Shown: piece after piece, positions 45,258-55,578 of the stretch
How positions within the stretch are numbered: the stretch's first letter is position 1
Layout: every line of letters starts with the position of its first letter
DNA from: Candidatus Moraniibacteriota bacterium
GTDB taxonomy: Bacteria > Patescibacteriota > Minisyncoccia > Moranbacterales > GWC2-37-73
Length of the DNA stretch: 64,000 bases
Direction: 5' to 3'
NCBI GenBank assembly: GCA_013336225.1
Contig: JAAXUC010000002.1
Location: 74,634-138,633, forward strand
The notes under the pieces: generated by a model
The model's input: the letters and a program-made list of their open reading frames with translations, nothing else
Databases searched by the model: none
Told to the model about the DNA's origin: nothing
Made by a program: the position numbers and the translations under genes

Positions 45258-45680
45258 ATGGACAATAATTCAGATGAAATCACTAATAGTATTGTTGAGA
45301 TTGATCCGCCCAAGCACCTTGCGCAAGCGGTTTTTAGTCGTATTGCAAGAGAAAAAGCCAGGAGAATTTCCAGAAAGATTTTGTGGCTGCGCATCGGCTT
45401 TATTGTTTCTGGAATTTTGAGCATTGCCGCGCTGGGTGTTTTTGGCAAAATCATTTTGACATCAGAGTTTTCCATACTGCTTTCCTTGATCTTTTCTGAC
45501 CTGAAAACAGTTTTGATTGTATGGCAGGACTATGTGATATCGTTGCTGGAAACATTCCCAGTCATATCGGTTGTAGCGACGTTGTCTCCGTTTTTTGTTT
45601 TTCTGTTGCTAATTAAGCAATATGCGAAATTGGAAAGTGATCAGCAAATAAAAACAATACGTTTGTCATTCCGGACTTGA
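45258..45680 (+). CDS. Membrane protein immediately downstream of the ECF sigma factor (candidate anti-sigma factor)
   Basis: A cytoplasmic N-terminus, then 3 TM helices. The stop codon lies inside the family C repeat. The start is uncertain (45210-45258). Confidence 0.4.
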   Translation: MDNNSDEITNSIVEIDPPKHLAQAVFSRIAREKARRISRKILWLRIGFIVSGILSIAALGVFGKIILTSEFSILLSLIFSDLKTVLIVWQDYVISLLETFPVISVVATLSPFFVFLLLIKQYAKLESDQQIKTIRLSFRT

Positions 45681-45746
45681 TCCGGAATCCAGTTTTAGTA
45701 CCTTGGGCTGGCAAAGTTCTGGATTCCCGCTTTCGCGGGAATGACA
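45665..45746. repeat. Family C paired-hairpin element, copy 2
   Basis: GTCATTCCGGA-CTTGA-TCCGGAATCC, a spacer, then GGATTCCCGC-TTTC-GCGGGAATGAC. Versus copy 1, the first stem carries a compensatory G>A/C>T pair. Confidence 0.6.
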
Positions 45747-45775
45747 GGTAAAATAATAAATTTTCTGAAAAACAT

Positions 45776-46279
45776 ATGAATGAACTAAAAAAAATAACTG
45801 AATCAAAATATTTCATGTTAGTCCTGGGCACATCGGGTTTTTTAATTGCAGCGCTGATTATTTTTGCAGCGGGTGTGCACGTTGGGGAGCATCGCGCCAA
45901 ATATTCCTATCAATGGGGAGATAATTATCAGCGCAATTTTGTGGATGGTCCAAGGGAGATGATGGATGGACCGCGAGGCAGACCTGAAAGCATTGGACCT
46001 ATGGGTGCAGTGCCTGGTTTTGAAGGTCGTGGTTTTCGCAATGGTCATGGTGTTGCTGGCTTGATAACTTCAATTGCTGACAACAATATCATGATCAAGG
46101 ATCCAAGTGGCAAGGAAAACACCATTGCAGTCAATGATAAGACCCTCATTAAAATGGGTCAAAATGATATCAAGATTACAGACTTGAAAAATGATGAGAA
46201 TATTGTGGTGATTGGCAGGCCAGGCGATAATGGCATGATTAATGCGGACTTGATTCGTGTCTTTGAAGGATTGAAATAA
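45776..46279 (+). CDS. Secreted or membrane-anchored hypothetical protein
   Basis: 167 aa with an N-terminal TM/signal segment and a Gly/Arg/Pro-rich middle. Confidence 0.45.
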   Translation: MNELKKITESKYFMLVLGTSGFLIAALIIFAAGVHVGEHRAKYSYQWGDNYQRNFVDGPREMMDGPRGRPESIGPMGAVPGFEGRGFRNGHGVAGLITSIADNNIMIKDPSGKENTIAVNDKTLIKMGQNDIKITDLKNDENIVVIGRPGDNGMINADLIRVFEGLK

Positions 46280-46435
46280 TATTGTCCTGCACCAATTCCG
46301 AAATTTATTTTGCTGTGAATTTCTGAATGATGAGCGGAAACGCCTTCGGCTTAGTGGTATATAATTTAAAAGTTTAATAAAGAATTGGTGCAGGGATGCT
46401 CATTTTTGATAGCTTCTCGTACCTCGAAGACAAAA

Positions 46436-47608
46436 ATGGCAAATTATTGGAAAAAACACAAAGGACAAATTATTTTTATTTTACTGCTAATTATTGCTGG
46501 GGGCTATTATTGGTATGATAAATCACAGCAAACAACTGCTGTGATTAAATATAAAACAAAAGCAGCTGAAAATGGCAGCTTGGTGATTTCCGTTGCCGGC
46601 AGTGGCAATGTGGTTGTCGATCAGCTTGCAACAGTTGACCCAATCATCACTGGTACGGTTTCAAATTTAACAGTCAAAGTTGGAGACAATGTGCAGAAGG
46701 GTGCAACTTTGTTTACGATTATTAATAATGATTTGACGGTAAGCAATGATAAGTCAGCAGTTTCTTTGCAGCAAGCAAAAAATTCAATTGATTCTGCTGA
46801 GCTTGCAGTCAAGCAAGCAAAAGTCGAGCGAGAAGATGCAAAGGATGACGACAATGTTTCTTCTGATCAAAAAAAGATTTTGGATAAAAAAATAATTATT
46901 GCTAAAAATGGCTTGGTTTCAGCTCAAAAAAATTATGCTGCAACCTTGGCTGATTATAATAATCAGTTGGATAATGGAGCAAAGAGAACAGTAACTTCTC
47001 CAATAGATGGCACGGTGAGTGCTATCAATGTGAAAAATGGCGATGATTTGAGCAGGCTTTCTGCTAATAGTTCAAGCAGCGCCCCAATCATTATTGGCGA
47101 TCTCAAAACTCTTAAAGCACAAGTATCAGTCAATGAAGTTGATATTCCAAATGTTGCCATTGGTCAAAAAGTGATGATGAAATTTGGGGCTGTCGATAGT
47201 TTGAACATTTCAGGCAAGGTTGAAAAAATTGATGCACTTGGAACGCTTGCACAAGGTGTGGTCACATATAATGTGACCGTTAGTTTCGACAGTATCGATG
47301 CTCGTATTCGTCCGCAAATGAGCGTTTCTGCAAAAATCATCACTCAAATCAAACAAGACGTGATCACTGTTTCTAATGGCGCGCTGAAAACCCAAGGAAA
47401 TTCAACCTATATTGAGGTTTTGAAAGATGGTGCAGCTACTCCAGAAAAGCGGACAATCGAAATTGGAGCAGCAAACAACACTGACACCGAAATAGTTAGT
47501 GGAATAAGTGTTGGCGACAATGTTGTTGTGCAAACCATCAATCTAAATGCTAAAGCCACCACCACAAAAAGCACCGGATTCCCTGGGCTTGGTGGTGGAA
47601 GAGGATAG
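46436..47608 (+). CDS. Efflux periplasmic adaptor subunit (HlyD/MacA-like membrane fusion protein)
   Basis: N-terminal TM, a long coiled-coil region and a biotinyl/lipoyl-like ITGTVSNLTVKVGDNVQKGATLFTI hairpin. It is followed by ABC ATPase and FtsX-permease genes. Confidence 0.7.
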   Translation: MANYWKKHKGQIIFILLLIIAGGYYWYDKSQQTTAVIKYKTKAAENGSLVISVAGSGNVVVDQLATVDPIITGTVSNLTVKVGDNVQKGATLFTIINNDLTVSNDKSAVSLQQAKNSIDSAELAVKQAKVEREDAKDDDNVSSDQKKILDKKIIIAKNGLVSAQKNYAATLADYNNQLDNGAKRTVTSPIDGTVSAINVKNGDDLSRLSANSSSSAPIIIGDLKTLKAQVSVNEVDIPNVAIGQKVMMKFGAVDSLNISGKVEKIDALGTLAQGVVTYNVTVSFDSIDARIRPQMSVSAKIITQIKQDVITVSNGALKTQGNSTYIEVLKDGAATPEKRTIEIGAANNTDTEIVSGISVGDNVVVQTINLNAKATTTKSTGFPGLGGGRG

Positions 47609-47676
47609 TGAGCCGATACGAAACTACGAACAATTAATTTTTTCGGATGTGCGCTTTCGTAGCGCGTTATCATACT

Positions 47677-48363
47677 ATGATTGAATGTAAAAATTTGTCG
47701 AAAATTTATCAAAGTGGTGACATGCAAACAGTTGCCTTGAATGATGTTTCATTTAGCATTGAAAAAGGCGAGTTTGTGGCAATTATTGGTCCTTCTGGCT
47801 CAGGAAAATCAACTCTGATGCATATTCTTGGCGCGCTGGATTCACCAACCAAGGGAGAATATTTTCTGGATGGACAAGAAGTTTCCAAATTGGATGATGA
47901 TGAACTCTCGCAGCTTAGAAGAGATAAGATCGGTTTTGTTTTTCAAGCTTTCAATCTTTTGCCGCGTACCACTGTGCTTAGAAATGTGATGTTGCCATTG
48001 CTTTATTCCGACACAACAGATCAGCAGCGAGAGGACAGAGCAAAAGCATGCTTGGCTTATGCTGGCATGGAAGAATCAAAATTTCTCAATCTTTCCAATC
48101 AGCTTTCAGGAGGACAGATGCAGCGCGTGGCCATTGCACGGTCCTTAATTAATAATCCTGCAATTATTTTAGCAGATGAACCGACTGGAAATTTGGACAC
48201 CAAAACAAGCCAAGTTGTGATGAAAGCTTTTCAGGAATTGAATCAGAAAGGGCACACTATAGTTTTAATTACACATGAACAGGAAATAGCAGCCTTTGCG
48301 GAGCGGGTGATCTCAATTCGCGATGGAATAATTGAGAGTGATATTAAAAATACAAAAAAATGA
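47677..48363 (+). CDS. ABC transporter ATP-binding protein (MacB/LolD-type)
   Basis: Walker [10 protein letters not shown], signature [15 protein letters not shown], Walker [12 protein letters not shown]. Confidence 0.85.
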   Translation: MIECKNLSKIYQSGDMQTVALNDVSFSIEKGEFVAIIGPSGSGKSTLMHILGALDSPTKGEYFLDGQEVSKLDDDELSQLRRDKIGFVFQAFNLLPRTTVLRNVMLPLLYSDTTDQQREDRAKACLAYAGMEESKFLNLSNQLSGGQMQRVAIARSLINNPAIILADEPTGNLDTKTSQVVMKAFQELNQKGHTIVLITHEQEIAAFAERVISIRDGIIESDIKNTKK

Positions 48364-49580
48364 TTATAACGGATATTTTAAAAGAAACTTCCTGGTCACT
48401 TTCTGCCAACAAGGTTCGCAGCGGTTTGACAATTTTGGGAATCGTCATTGGAATTGCTTCTGTGATCACAATGGTTGCAATTGGGCAAGGCGCACAAGCA
48501 TCAATTGCCAGCAGCATTCAATCCATTGGATCAAACTTGATTATTGTCAGACCTGGCGCACAAAAAAGTGGCGGGGTGAGTAGTGGCGCGGGTAGTAGTG
48601 CAACACTTACGAATGATGATGCCAGCGCAATTAAAAATGAAATTGCCAATATTGCTGCTGTGGCGCCCGAAGATTCCAAGCGAGCGCAAGTCACAGCAAA
48701 AGGCACGAACACTAACACACAAATCGTGGGAACAGTCGCTGACTATGCAGTCGTGCGCAGTATTGTAATGGAATCAGGAACGTTTGTCACTGAAAATGCT
48801 GTAAAAGCCAATGCCAAAGTTGCCGTGCTTGGCGCAACCACGCGCGATGATTTGTTCGGAGCTGGCAGTGATCCGGTGGGAAAAATTATTCGCATTAAAA
48901 ATGTGGATTTTGATGTCATTGGGGTGACTGTTGCCAAGGGTGGATCTGGATTTACAAACCCAGATGATAGTATTTATATTCCTATCACAAGTTCACAGCA
49001 TTTCATCACGGGCAATACTTTTGTAAGTACAATAAGTGTTGCTGCAAGTGACCAAAGCTCGATGGCTGATGTCCAAAACAATATTTCTGACTTGCTGCTC
49101 AAGCGCCACAATATTTCAGATCCAGAGCAAGCAGATTTCAGTCTGACAAATCAGGCTGATATTATTGCAACTGCTTCAAGCATCACGGGAACATTCACAA
49201 TCCTGCTATCTTCTATTGCTGGGATATCTTTGCTGGTAGGAGGCATAGGAATTATGAACATGATGCTCACCACTGTGACGGAAAGAACGCGCGAAATTGG
49301 ACTTCGTAAAGCCGTTGGCATCAAGAAAGCCTATATCAATATGCAATTTTTGGCAGAAGCGGTGGCACTGACATTTTTTGGAGGATTTTTGGGGGTGGTG
49401 TTGGGCTGGGGAGCATCACTGCTGGTTTCCAAGCTCGTGCCTTCACTGACAACTCAAGTTTCAATGTCTTCAGTCTTGTTGGCTTTTGGTGTCTCGACTG
49501 CGGTCGGAATTGTTTTTGGTTTTTATCCAGCACGCCGCGCGGCAAATTTGAGTCCCATGGAGGCACTCCGATATGAATAG
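48360..49580 (+). CDS. ABC transporter permease (MacB_PCD + FtsX domain)
   Basis: 406 aa. The layout is an N-terminal TM, a large periplasmic domain and three C-terminal TM helices (FtsX-like). The start overlaps the ATPase stop. Confidence 0.8.
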   Translation: MIITDILKETSWSLSANKVRSGLTILGIVIGIASVITMVAIGQGAQASIASSIQSIGSNLIIVRPGAQKSGGVSSGAGSSATLTNDDASAIKNEIANIAAVAPEDSKRAQVTAKGTNTNTQIVGTVADYAVVRSIVMESGTFVTENAVKANAKVAVLGATTRDDLFGAGSDPVGKIIRIKNVDFDVIGVTVAKGGSGFTNPDDSIYIPITSSQHFITGNTFVSTISVAASDQSSMADVQNNISDLLLKRHNISDPEQADFSLTNQADIIATASSITGTFTILLSSIAGISLLVGGIGIMNMMLTTVTERTREIGLRKAVGIKKAYINMQFLAEAVALTFFGGFLGVVLGWGASLLVSKLVPSLTTQVSMSSVLLAFGVSTAVGIVFGFYPARRAANLSPMEALRYE

Positions 49581-49676
49581 AAATGTTATATGAAAAGTGG
49601 TATGAAAAAATGGTTGCAAGAGGGCAATCATTTTTTTGTTTGACTAACATGAATATTTGTATGATGATTTGGATAT

Positions 49677-50885
49677 ATGGAAAAACAACAAAATACAAAT
49701 AGCGCTCCATTGGCTGACAGAATTCGTCCTCAAACACTGGAGGATTTTTTTGGGCAGCAAGAATTGATTGGAGAAGAAACCTTTTTGCGCAAAGCTATTG
49801 TTGATGACCAGGTGCCATCCATGATTTTGTGGGGCCCGCCTGGCTCAGGCAAAACCACACTGGCAGCCATCATTGCCAATGAAACGAATGCTGATTTCAT
49901 TAAGCTAAGCGCAGTGACCAGTGGAATCAAAGAGCTCAGAAAAACAATTTCCCAGGCACAGGAAAATCAATGGCAAAAGAAAAAGACCATTTTATTTGTG
50001 GATGAAATTCATCGCTGGAACAAAGCGCAGCAAGATGCGCTGCTTCCGCATGTCGAACAAGGCCTGCTGACTTTGATTGGAGCGACCACGGAAAACCCCA
50101 GCTTTGAAGTGAATTCTGCGCTCGTTTCACGTTCGCGTGTTTTTGTTCTATACAAACTTGAAGTGAACGACTTGGAAAAGATTATTAGCAAGGCACTTGC
50201 TGACAAGGAACATGGTCTGGGAAACAAGCAAATTGAAATCGCGTCTGAAATTATTAAGGAAATTGCCACCCTGGCCAATGGCGATGCGCGCATGGCACTT
50301 AACACTTTGGAAGCCGCAGCCAACCAAAGTAAAATTATTACTAGAGAATTGCTGAAGCAAATCATTCAGAAGTCGCATTTGTATTATGATAAAAATGGAG
50401 AGGAGCATTACAATATCATTTCCGCACTGCATAAATCCATGCGTGGTGGCGACGCAGATGCCAGTGTGTATTGGTTGGCGCGCATGATTGAAGGCGGAGA
50501 ACAGCCGACGTATATTGCGCGCAGACTTTTGCGTTTTGCCTCTGAAGACATTGGCTTGGCTGATAATTTTGCTTTGGTGCTGGCCAATAATGTTTTTGAT
50601 GCTTGTCACAAGTTGGGATATCCTGAATGCTCAGTGCATTTGGCACAATTGGTTGTCTATATGGCCAAGTCGCCGAAAAGTGTGGCTACATATTTTGCAT
50701 ATAATAAAGCCAAAAAAGACGTGGAAGAATTTGGGAATCTGCCTGTGCCCATGCACATTCGCAATGCCCCCACCAAGTTAATGGAAAAACTGGGCTACGG
50801 CAAAGGCTATAAATACACACCAGTGGAGGGAAGTGAGGGGCAGGAATATTTACCTAAGGAAATTAAAAATAAAAAGTATCTTTAA
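49677..50885 (+). CDS. rarA: Replication-associated recombination protein A (AAA+ ATPase RarA/MgsA)
   Basis: Walker A GPPGSGKTT, VDEIHRWNKAQQDALLP, and the C-terminal MgsA-specific domains. Confidence 0.85.
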   Translation: MEKQQNTNSAPLADRIRPQTLEDFFGQQELIGEETFLRKAIVDDQVPSMILWGPPGSGKTTLAAIIANETNADFIKLSAVTSGIKELRKTISQAQENQWQKKKTILFVDEIHRWNKAQQDALLPHVEQGLLTLIGATTENPSFEVNSALVSRSRVFVLYKLEVNDLEKIISKALADKEHGLGNKQIEIASEIIKEIATLANGDARMALNTLEAAANQSKIITRELLKQIIQKSHLYYDKNGEEHYNIISALHKSMRGGDADASVYWLARMIEGGEQPTYIARRLLRFASEDIGLADNFALVLANNVFDACHKLGYPECSVHLAQLVVYMAKSPKSVATYFAYNKAKKDVEEFGNLPVPMHIRNAPTKLMEKLGYGKGYKYTPVEGSEGQEYLPKEIKNKKYL

Positions 50886-51141
50886 TTGAAATCATTGCAA
50901 CACCAAAATATTTTTGCTTATAAATCCATTACTAACCGGATTCATTAGCGATTCCAAAATCATTTTTTGCGGATATGTTGAGATTGGCAAAAACATTAAT
51001 TAGTTTTAAACTTGCAACATGAAATTAGATATTTTTCACCTAAGACCCAGTTGAGTCTTTTTTGGTATAATTTTTTAAATTAGGGCAGTTGTTTTTTTTA
51101 TTGTTAATATGCATAAATAGTAAATATAAAAATATTTTGGT

Positions 51142-51981
51142 ATGTTTGGAATAATACTGATTTCAATAGGAACATTCTTTGAAGAAATTTCTGAGTCAAT
51201 TAGTAAAATAAAAATCAATAATGGCGAAGCAAGTGTCCTCACTATGGCATTTCTAAGTTTATTTTGGGGTGCTATTTTCTATGTACTTATTGGCATTTCT
51301 AAAAACGACGAGTTTATTTTTAAAATTGCGTCTTTGCCAACCTTTACTATTAGAGCTTTTTTTGAAATAATCCAGGCATACGTTTCTGTTTTAGCTGTAG
51401 TCAGTGCTGACAGGACTACTTATAGTTTTGTAAGGACAATTACAATCCCACTTCTTGTTATCGTTGATCTTATTTTAGGTTATAAGATGAATATATTGCC
51501 AATAACTGGCATATTTATCATTTTGATTTCCATACTGGTGTTATTTATGAATAAGAAAATAGGGAAAAAAGGAATTGGCCTTGCTCTTTTTTCCGCAGTT
51601 AATGCTGTGGTGACTATCTCTCTTTTTAAATATGATATAACTCATTACAATTCTGTGGCAGCCGAGCAATTATTCATAAGTTTAATTTTATTGATATTTT
51701 TTGCAATATTCTCAATAGTTAGGGCGAAAGAAAACCCATTTATTTTCCTAACTAAACCAGTGTTTTTTTACCAATCATTCTCAGTTGGCATTGGTGGAGT
51801 AATAGAAAGCTTTGGTTACAACTATGGAGCCGCTTCTATAATGACTGCAGCTAAGCGATCATCAGCCTTATTTTGGTCAGTTTTATCTGGGAAGGTTTAT
51901 TTTAAAGAAGATAATATTAAATTGAAAATTATAGTAATGAACTTGCTGGTCTTAGGATTGGTTTTATTGGCATTAAATTGA
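51142..51981 (+). CDS. Polytopic membrane protein (about 10 TM; DMT/EamA-like, tentative)
   Basis: 279 aa, almost entirely hydrophobic. The gene and flanks are noticeably more AT-rich than neighbouring loci. Confidence 0.45.
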   Translation: MFGIILISIGTFFEEISESISKIKINNGEASVLTMAFLSLFWGAIFYVLIGISKNDEFIFKIASLPTFTIRAFFEIIQAYVSVLAVVSADRTTYSFVRTITIPLLVIVDLILGYKMNILPITGIFIILISILVLFMNKKIGKKGIGLALFSAVNAVVTISLFKYDITHYNSVAAEQLFISLILLIFFAIFSIVRAKENPFIFLTKPVFFYQSFSVGIGGVIESFGYNYGAASIMTAAKRSSALFWSVLSGKVYFKEDNIKLKIIVMNLLVLGLVLLALN

Positions 51982-52103
51982 TTAAAATATGTTGATCAAC
52001 CAAATTTAGCGCTGCAGTAGAAAGACCCAGAGTTTAAATTATTTCATTAGAAAGTTCTTGTTTATAGATCCAGCGCTAATCGCACTCACTAGCCAGCTCG
52101 TGC

Positions 52104-52133
52104 AAAAACAAAAAGCTCCACTTTAATGTGGAG
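52104..52133. terminator. Bidirectional Rho-independent terminator
   Basis: AAAAAGCTCCAC-TTTAA-TGTGGAGCTTTTT, with A/T runs on both sides. It lies between the convergent membrane-protein and RND genes. Confidence 0.7.
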
Positions 52134-52152
52134 CTTTTTAATACGCAAAAAA

Positions 52153-55100
52153 TTAGAATCTTTCTTTTTCGCCAATAAAAGTCATGTATAAAGTTGGGAT
52201 AATGAACAGGGTGAAGAAGGATGAAATGGAGAGTCCAAAGATTACGGCTGATCCCAAGGCAGTCCAAGTTGCATTGGAAAGGGTGATTGGGATGATGCCG
52301 GCAATGGTCACAATGGAAGTGATGAAAATTGCTTCCAATCTGGATTTTCCAGCATCAATAATGGAATCATTGAAGGGGATGCCAGTTTCAATGTTGAGAT
52401 TTATTTTGTCGATCAAAATGATGGCATTTTTAACCACAATTCCAAAGAGTGCCAGAATACCAATGAGCCCTGGGAAGCTCAAGGTCACACCTAAAAGCGC
52501 CATACCTATAAACACTCCAATCAGGGCCAAGGGAAGTGTGACAAGCACGATGATGGCTTTTTTGAATGAATTGAATTGAATAACTAAGGTTGAAATGATC
52601 AAGAGCGCGGCAATGGCCATGGCGCGAATGATAGAAAGCACTGACTGGGCATTTTGCTCGTTTTCGCCGCCATAGGCGATGACATATCCCTCAGGCAAGG
52701 AATATTCATTGGTAATTTTATCTTGAAATTGCTTGACCACTTCATTTGAGCTGGTGGTCCCGGTGACATCCGCAGTGAGCAGCACTGTTCTTTTTTGATC
52801 AATGCGTTTGATGGAGTCGACTGATGGCGTGAGAGTGACGGTCGCAACATCTTTGATGAAAACCGGTTGTTTTTTTGTGTTTAGAATCTGCAGGTTTTGG
52901 ATGGCTTCCAAGGTTGGAATTTTGTCTTTCCCATAGCGCGCCAACACATCAACGTTCTTATTATCGCGAATGACAGTGGTCACTGTGGTGCCTGAAATTG
53001 CACTGCGCAACGCGGTGCCAACCATGGCGGCATTCAGATCATAGAGCTCCATCTTGGTTTGATCTAGTGAGAAAGTGTATTCTGCTGGAGCGTCTTTGAG
53101 TGAAATGTCAGAATTGATTGTGCCAGTCACGGAATCGATGAGCGGTTTTAAATCATTGGCAATCTTATCTAGGGTTTGCAAATTTTCTCCACTGATTTGC
53201 GCTTGAAAAGCACTGCCAGATGGCGGCCCACCACGCGGCGCGGAAACTGTGATGGTGGCATCTTGAATGTCAGCAAGGGAATCGCGAATTTCCTCAGCAA
53301 TATCATAGGCCTTGATGTCGCGATTTTCCATTGGGATAAGTTTGATTGTGATTGAAGCAGTGTTTGAATTGTTTGAGCCGCCACTCATGCTGCTACCTCC
53401 AGAGCCAGCATTGCCAACAATGGTTGAAAAATTGACAATGTTTGGTATTGCAAGCAAACGTTTTTCAACTTCATTGGCAATCTTGTCGGTTTGATCCAAG
53501 CTTAAGCCGACAGGTCCGCGCAGGCTGACATAGAGCGCATCTCCATCCGCAGCTGGAAAAAATTCTGACTTCACGACTCCTGTGATTGGAAGTGAAATTG
53601 CGAAAATAAAAAGTGCCAAAGTTGAAAGCAGTGTGACGATCCTGCGTTTTTTTGAGCTGGTTGCTAAGCGCAGATATTTTTCATAGACAGGTAAAACCTT
53701 GTCAAAGTGAATGACACCATGAATCAACTTGCTGGCCAAGCTAGCATTCTCGCGGTCACCTTGCGCGAGCAGTTTTTGTTTGATGAGTTCGTCGCTGTCC
53801 CATTCTTTTTCAGCCAGCATGAAATTTTCTTCAAGTGTTTTTTTGCCAGTATTGAAATACCAGGAAATCATCCAGGCAACAACCACAAAAGAAAGCGTTG
53901 CAAAAACGTAGCCGAAAGCGGCATGTTGCATTGCAGAAAAAAGACCAATGCCAAGGGTTGAAAATAGGATTAGCCAGAAAAATTTCTTGGTCAGTCTGAT
54001 CCTTTCGAGCACGGCTGCCAAGGGATGATTGATGGCCAGTGCAATCAGCAAAGAAGAAATAAGGGTCACAGAAACAGTAATAGGAATTGATTTAATAAAT
54101 TGTCCGATCATGCCTGAGGCCATGAGTAGCGGCAAAAATGCCCACACAGTTGCAAGCGTGGTGGAGACAAGCACGACTTTGAAATCATGCAAAACCAGTA
54201 GCACTGCTTCTTCGGGAGTGTATTTGCCTGTTTTCATATATTGCTTGGTTGCGCTGACCACCACAATTGCATCGTCAACCAGAAGGCCAAGTGAAAGCAG
54301 GAGAGCAAAAATGGAAAGAAAATTGAGCGATGTTCCAGTCACTTGCATAACTCCGAAGGTGACAAAGAAAACCAAAGGAATGGCAATGCCAGCCACAAAA
54401 GCTTCTTTCAAACCAACGATAAGAAATAGAATTCCCACCACTAAAATTAAAGTCAAAAGAAAATCATGAGTTAATTGATTGAAGTCTTTTTCAATTCGAT
54501 CAGCTTGATTGACCGTGTCGGCATAGGTCATGCCCGTGGGAAAAGTTTTCAGTAGTGCATCGATTTTTGCACGAGCATTGTCAACAGTGCTGGTGATGTT
54601 TCCACCAGTTCTTTTGACGACTTGCAAAGTGACCGCATTTTGTGGAATTTCTCCATTGCTTGAAAAACGCGAATAGATGGTTTTTTCAATGGCTTTTTCC
54701 TCAACCTTTGCAATGTCTTTCAAATACACGATGGCTCCTTGCGCAGTGTGCAAAACAGCAATATCGCCCAGTTTTTGGGCGTCGTAAAATCGGCCATCTG
54801 TGCGGACGGGATAATTAAACTCAGATCCTTGAAAATTTCCAGCTGGGATTGCACGATTGGTGGCTGAAATAGCTGCATTGGCTTGGTCAGTAGTGATTCC
54901 ATAAGACACTAATTTCATTGGGTCATAGGCAACTTCAAATTCACTTTCATCTCCTCCGGAGATGTTGACTTCGCGAATGCCAGGAATTTTCTCCAGTTCG
55001 TCTTGAATTTTTTCGCCATATTCTCGCAAAGTGAATCCATCATAAGGACCAACCAAGGCAAACGTCACAATCGGTGTGTCATCAAGTGAAATTTCTTTGA

Positions 55101-55560
55101 CTTGTGGATCATTGGCGTCAGAGGGAATGTCGTTTCGGATTGTTGGCAATTTATCTCGCAATTTTCTGACACTGTCATCCACATTTTGCTTGGCATCAAA
55201 TTCGACCACCACGGTGGAAAAAGAATTGGCTGAAGTAGAAGTGATTTTGTTGATTCCACTGACACCTGAAATGGCAGTTTCGATTTTTTTAGTGACCAGT
55301 TCCTCCATGTCAGAAGGGGACACTCCAGGATAGGAGGCGGTGATGATAGCAGTGGCAATTTTCACTTCCGGGTTTGATTCGCGCGGAAGTTGCGTGAAAG
55401 AATATATGCCCCAAAGTGAGATGAGCATGATCAGCAAGATGACAACTCTGAAATTTGAAACAAAGAAATTCAGCCAGGTGTTTCTTTTGTCTGGCGTGAA
55501 TTCGAGTTTATCCAAATAGGCACTGTCAGTTGATTGAAATTTATTTTCTGGATTTTCCAT
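52153..55560 (-). CDS. RND family efflux transporter permease (AcrB/HAE1-like)
   Basis: 1135 aa with 12 TM helices in a 1+5/1+5 arrangement and two large periplasmic loops. Confidence 0.8.
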   Translation of the reverse strand: MENPENKFQSTDSAYLDKLEFTPDKRNTWLNFFVSNFRVVILLIMLISLWGIYSFTQLPRESNPEVKIATAIITASYPGVSPSDMEELVTKKIETAISGVSGINKITSTSANSFSTVVVEFDAKQNVDDSVRKLRDKLPTIRNDIPSDANDPQVKEISLDDTPIVTFALVGPYDGFTLREYGEKIQDELEKIPGIREVNISGGDESEFEVAYDPMKLVSYGITTDQANAAISATNRAIPAGNFQGSEFNYPVRTDGRFYDAQKLGDIAVLHTAQGAIVYLKDIAKVEEKAIEKTIYSRFSSNGEIPQNAVTLQVVKRTGGNITSTVDNARAKIDALLKTFPTGMTYADTVNQADRIEKDFNQLTHDFLLTLILVVGILFLIVGLKEAFVAGIAIPLVFFVTFGVMQVTGTSLNFLSIFALLLSLGLLVDDAIVVVSATKQYMKTGKYTPEEAVLLVLHDFKVVLVSTTLATVWAFLPLLMASGMIGQFIKSIPITVSVTLISSLLIALAINHPLAAVLERIRLTKKFFWLILFSTLGIGLFSAMQHAAFGYVFATLSFVVVAWMISWYFNTGKKTLEENFMLAEKEWDSDELIKQKLLAQGDRENASLASKLIHGVIHFDKVLPVYEKYLRLATSSKKRRIVTLLSTLALFIFAISLPITGVVKSEFFPAADGDALYVSLRGPVGLSLDQTDKIANEVEKRLLAIPNIVNFSTIVGNAGSGGSSMSGGSNNSNTASITIKLIPMENRDIKAYDIAEEIRDSLADIQDATITVSAPRGGPPSGSAFQAQISGENLQTLDKIANDLKPLIDSVTGTINSDISLKDAPAEYTFSLDQTKMELYDLNAAMVGTALRSAISGTTVTTVIRDNKNVDVLARYGKDKIPTLEAIQNLQILNTKKQPVFIKDVATVTLTPSVDSIKRIDQKRTVLLTADVTGTTSSNEVVKQFQDKITNEYSLPEGYVIAYGGENEQNAQSVLSIIRAMAIAALLIISTLVIQFNSFKKAIIVLVTLPLALIGVFIGMALLGVTLSFPGLIGILALFGIVVKNAIILIDKINLNIETGIPFNDSIIDAGKSRLEAIFITSIVTIAGIIPITLSNATWTALGSAVIFGLSISSFFTLFIIPTLYMTFIGEKERF

Positions 55561-55578
55561 AAAAGTGTTTTCTTTAAT

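Noticed and set aside
52184-55358. Plus-strand ORFs of 60-146 aa inside the RND permease gene (52184-52579, 53707-53961, 54029-54469 and others)
   Set aside because: They are antisense to a 1135-aa gene with unambiguous RND topology. No independent support.
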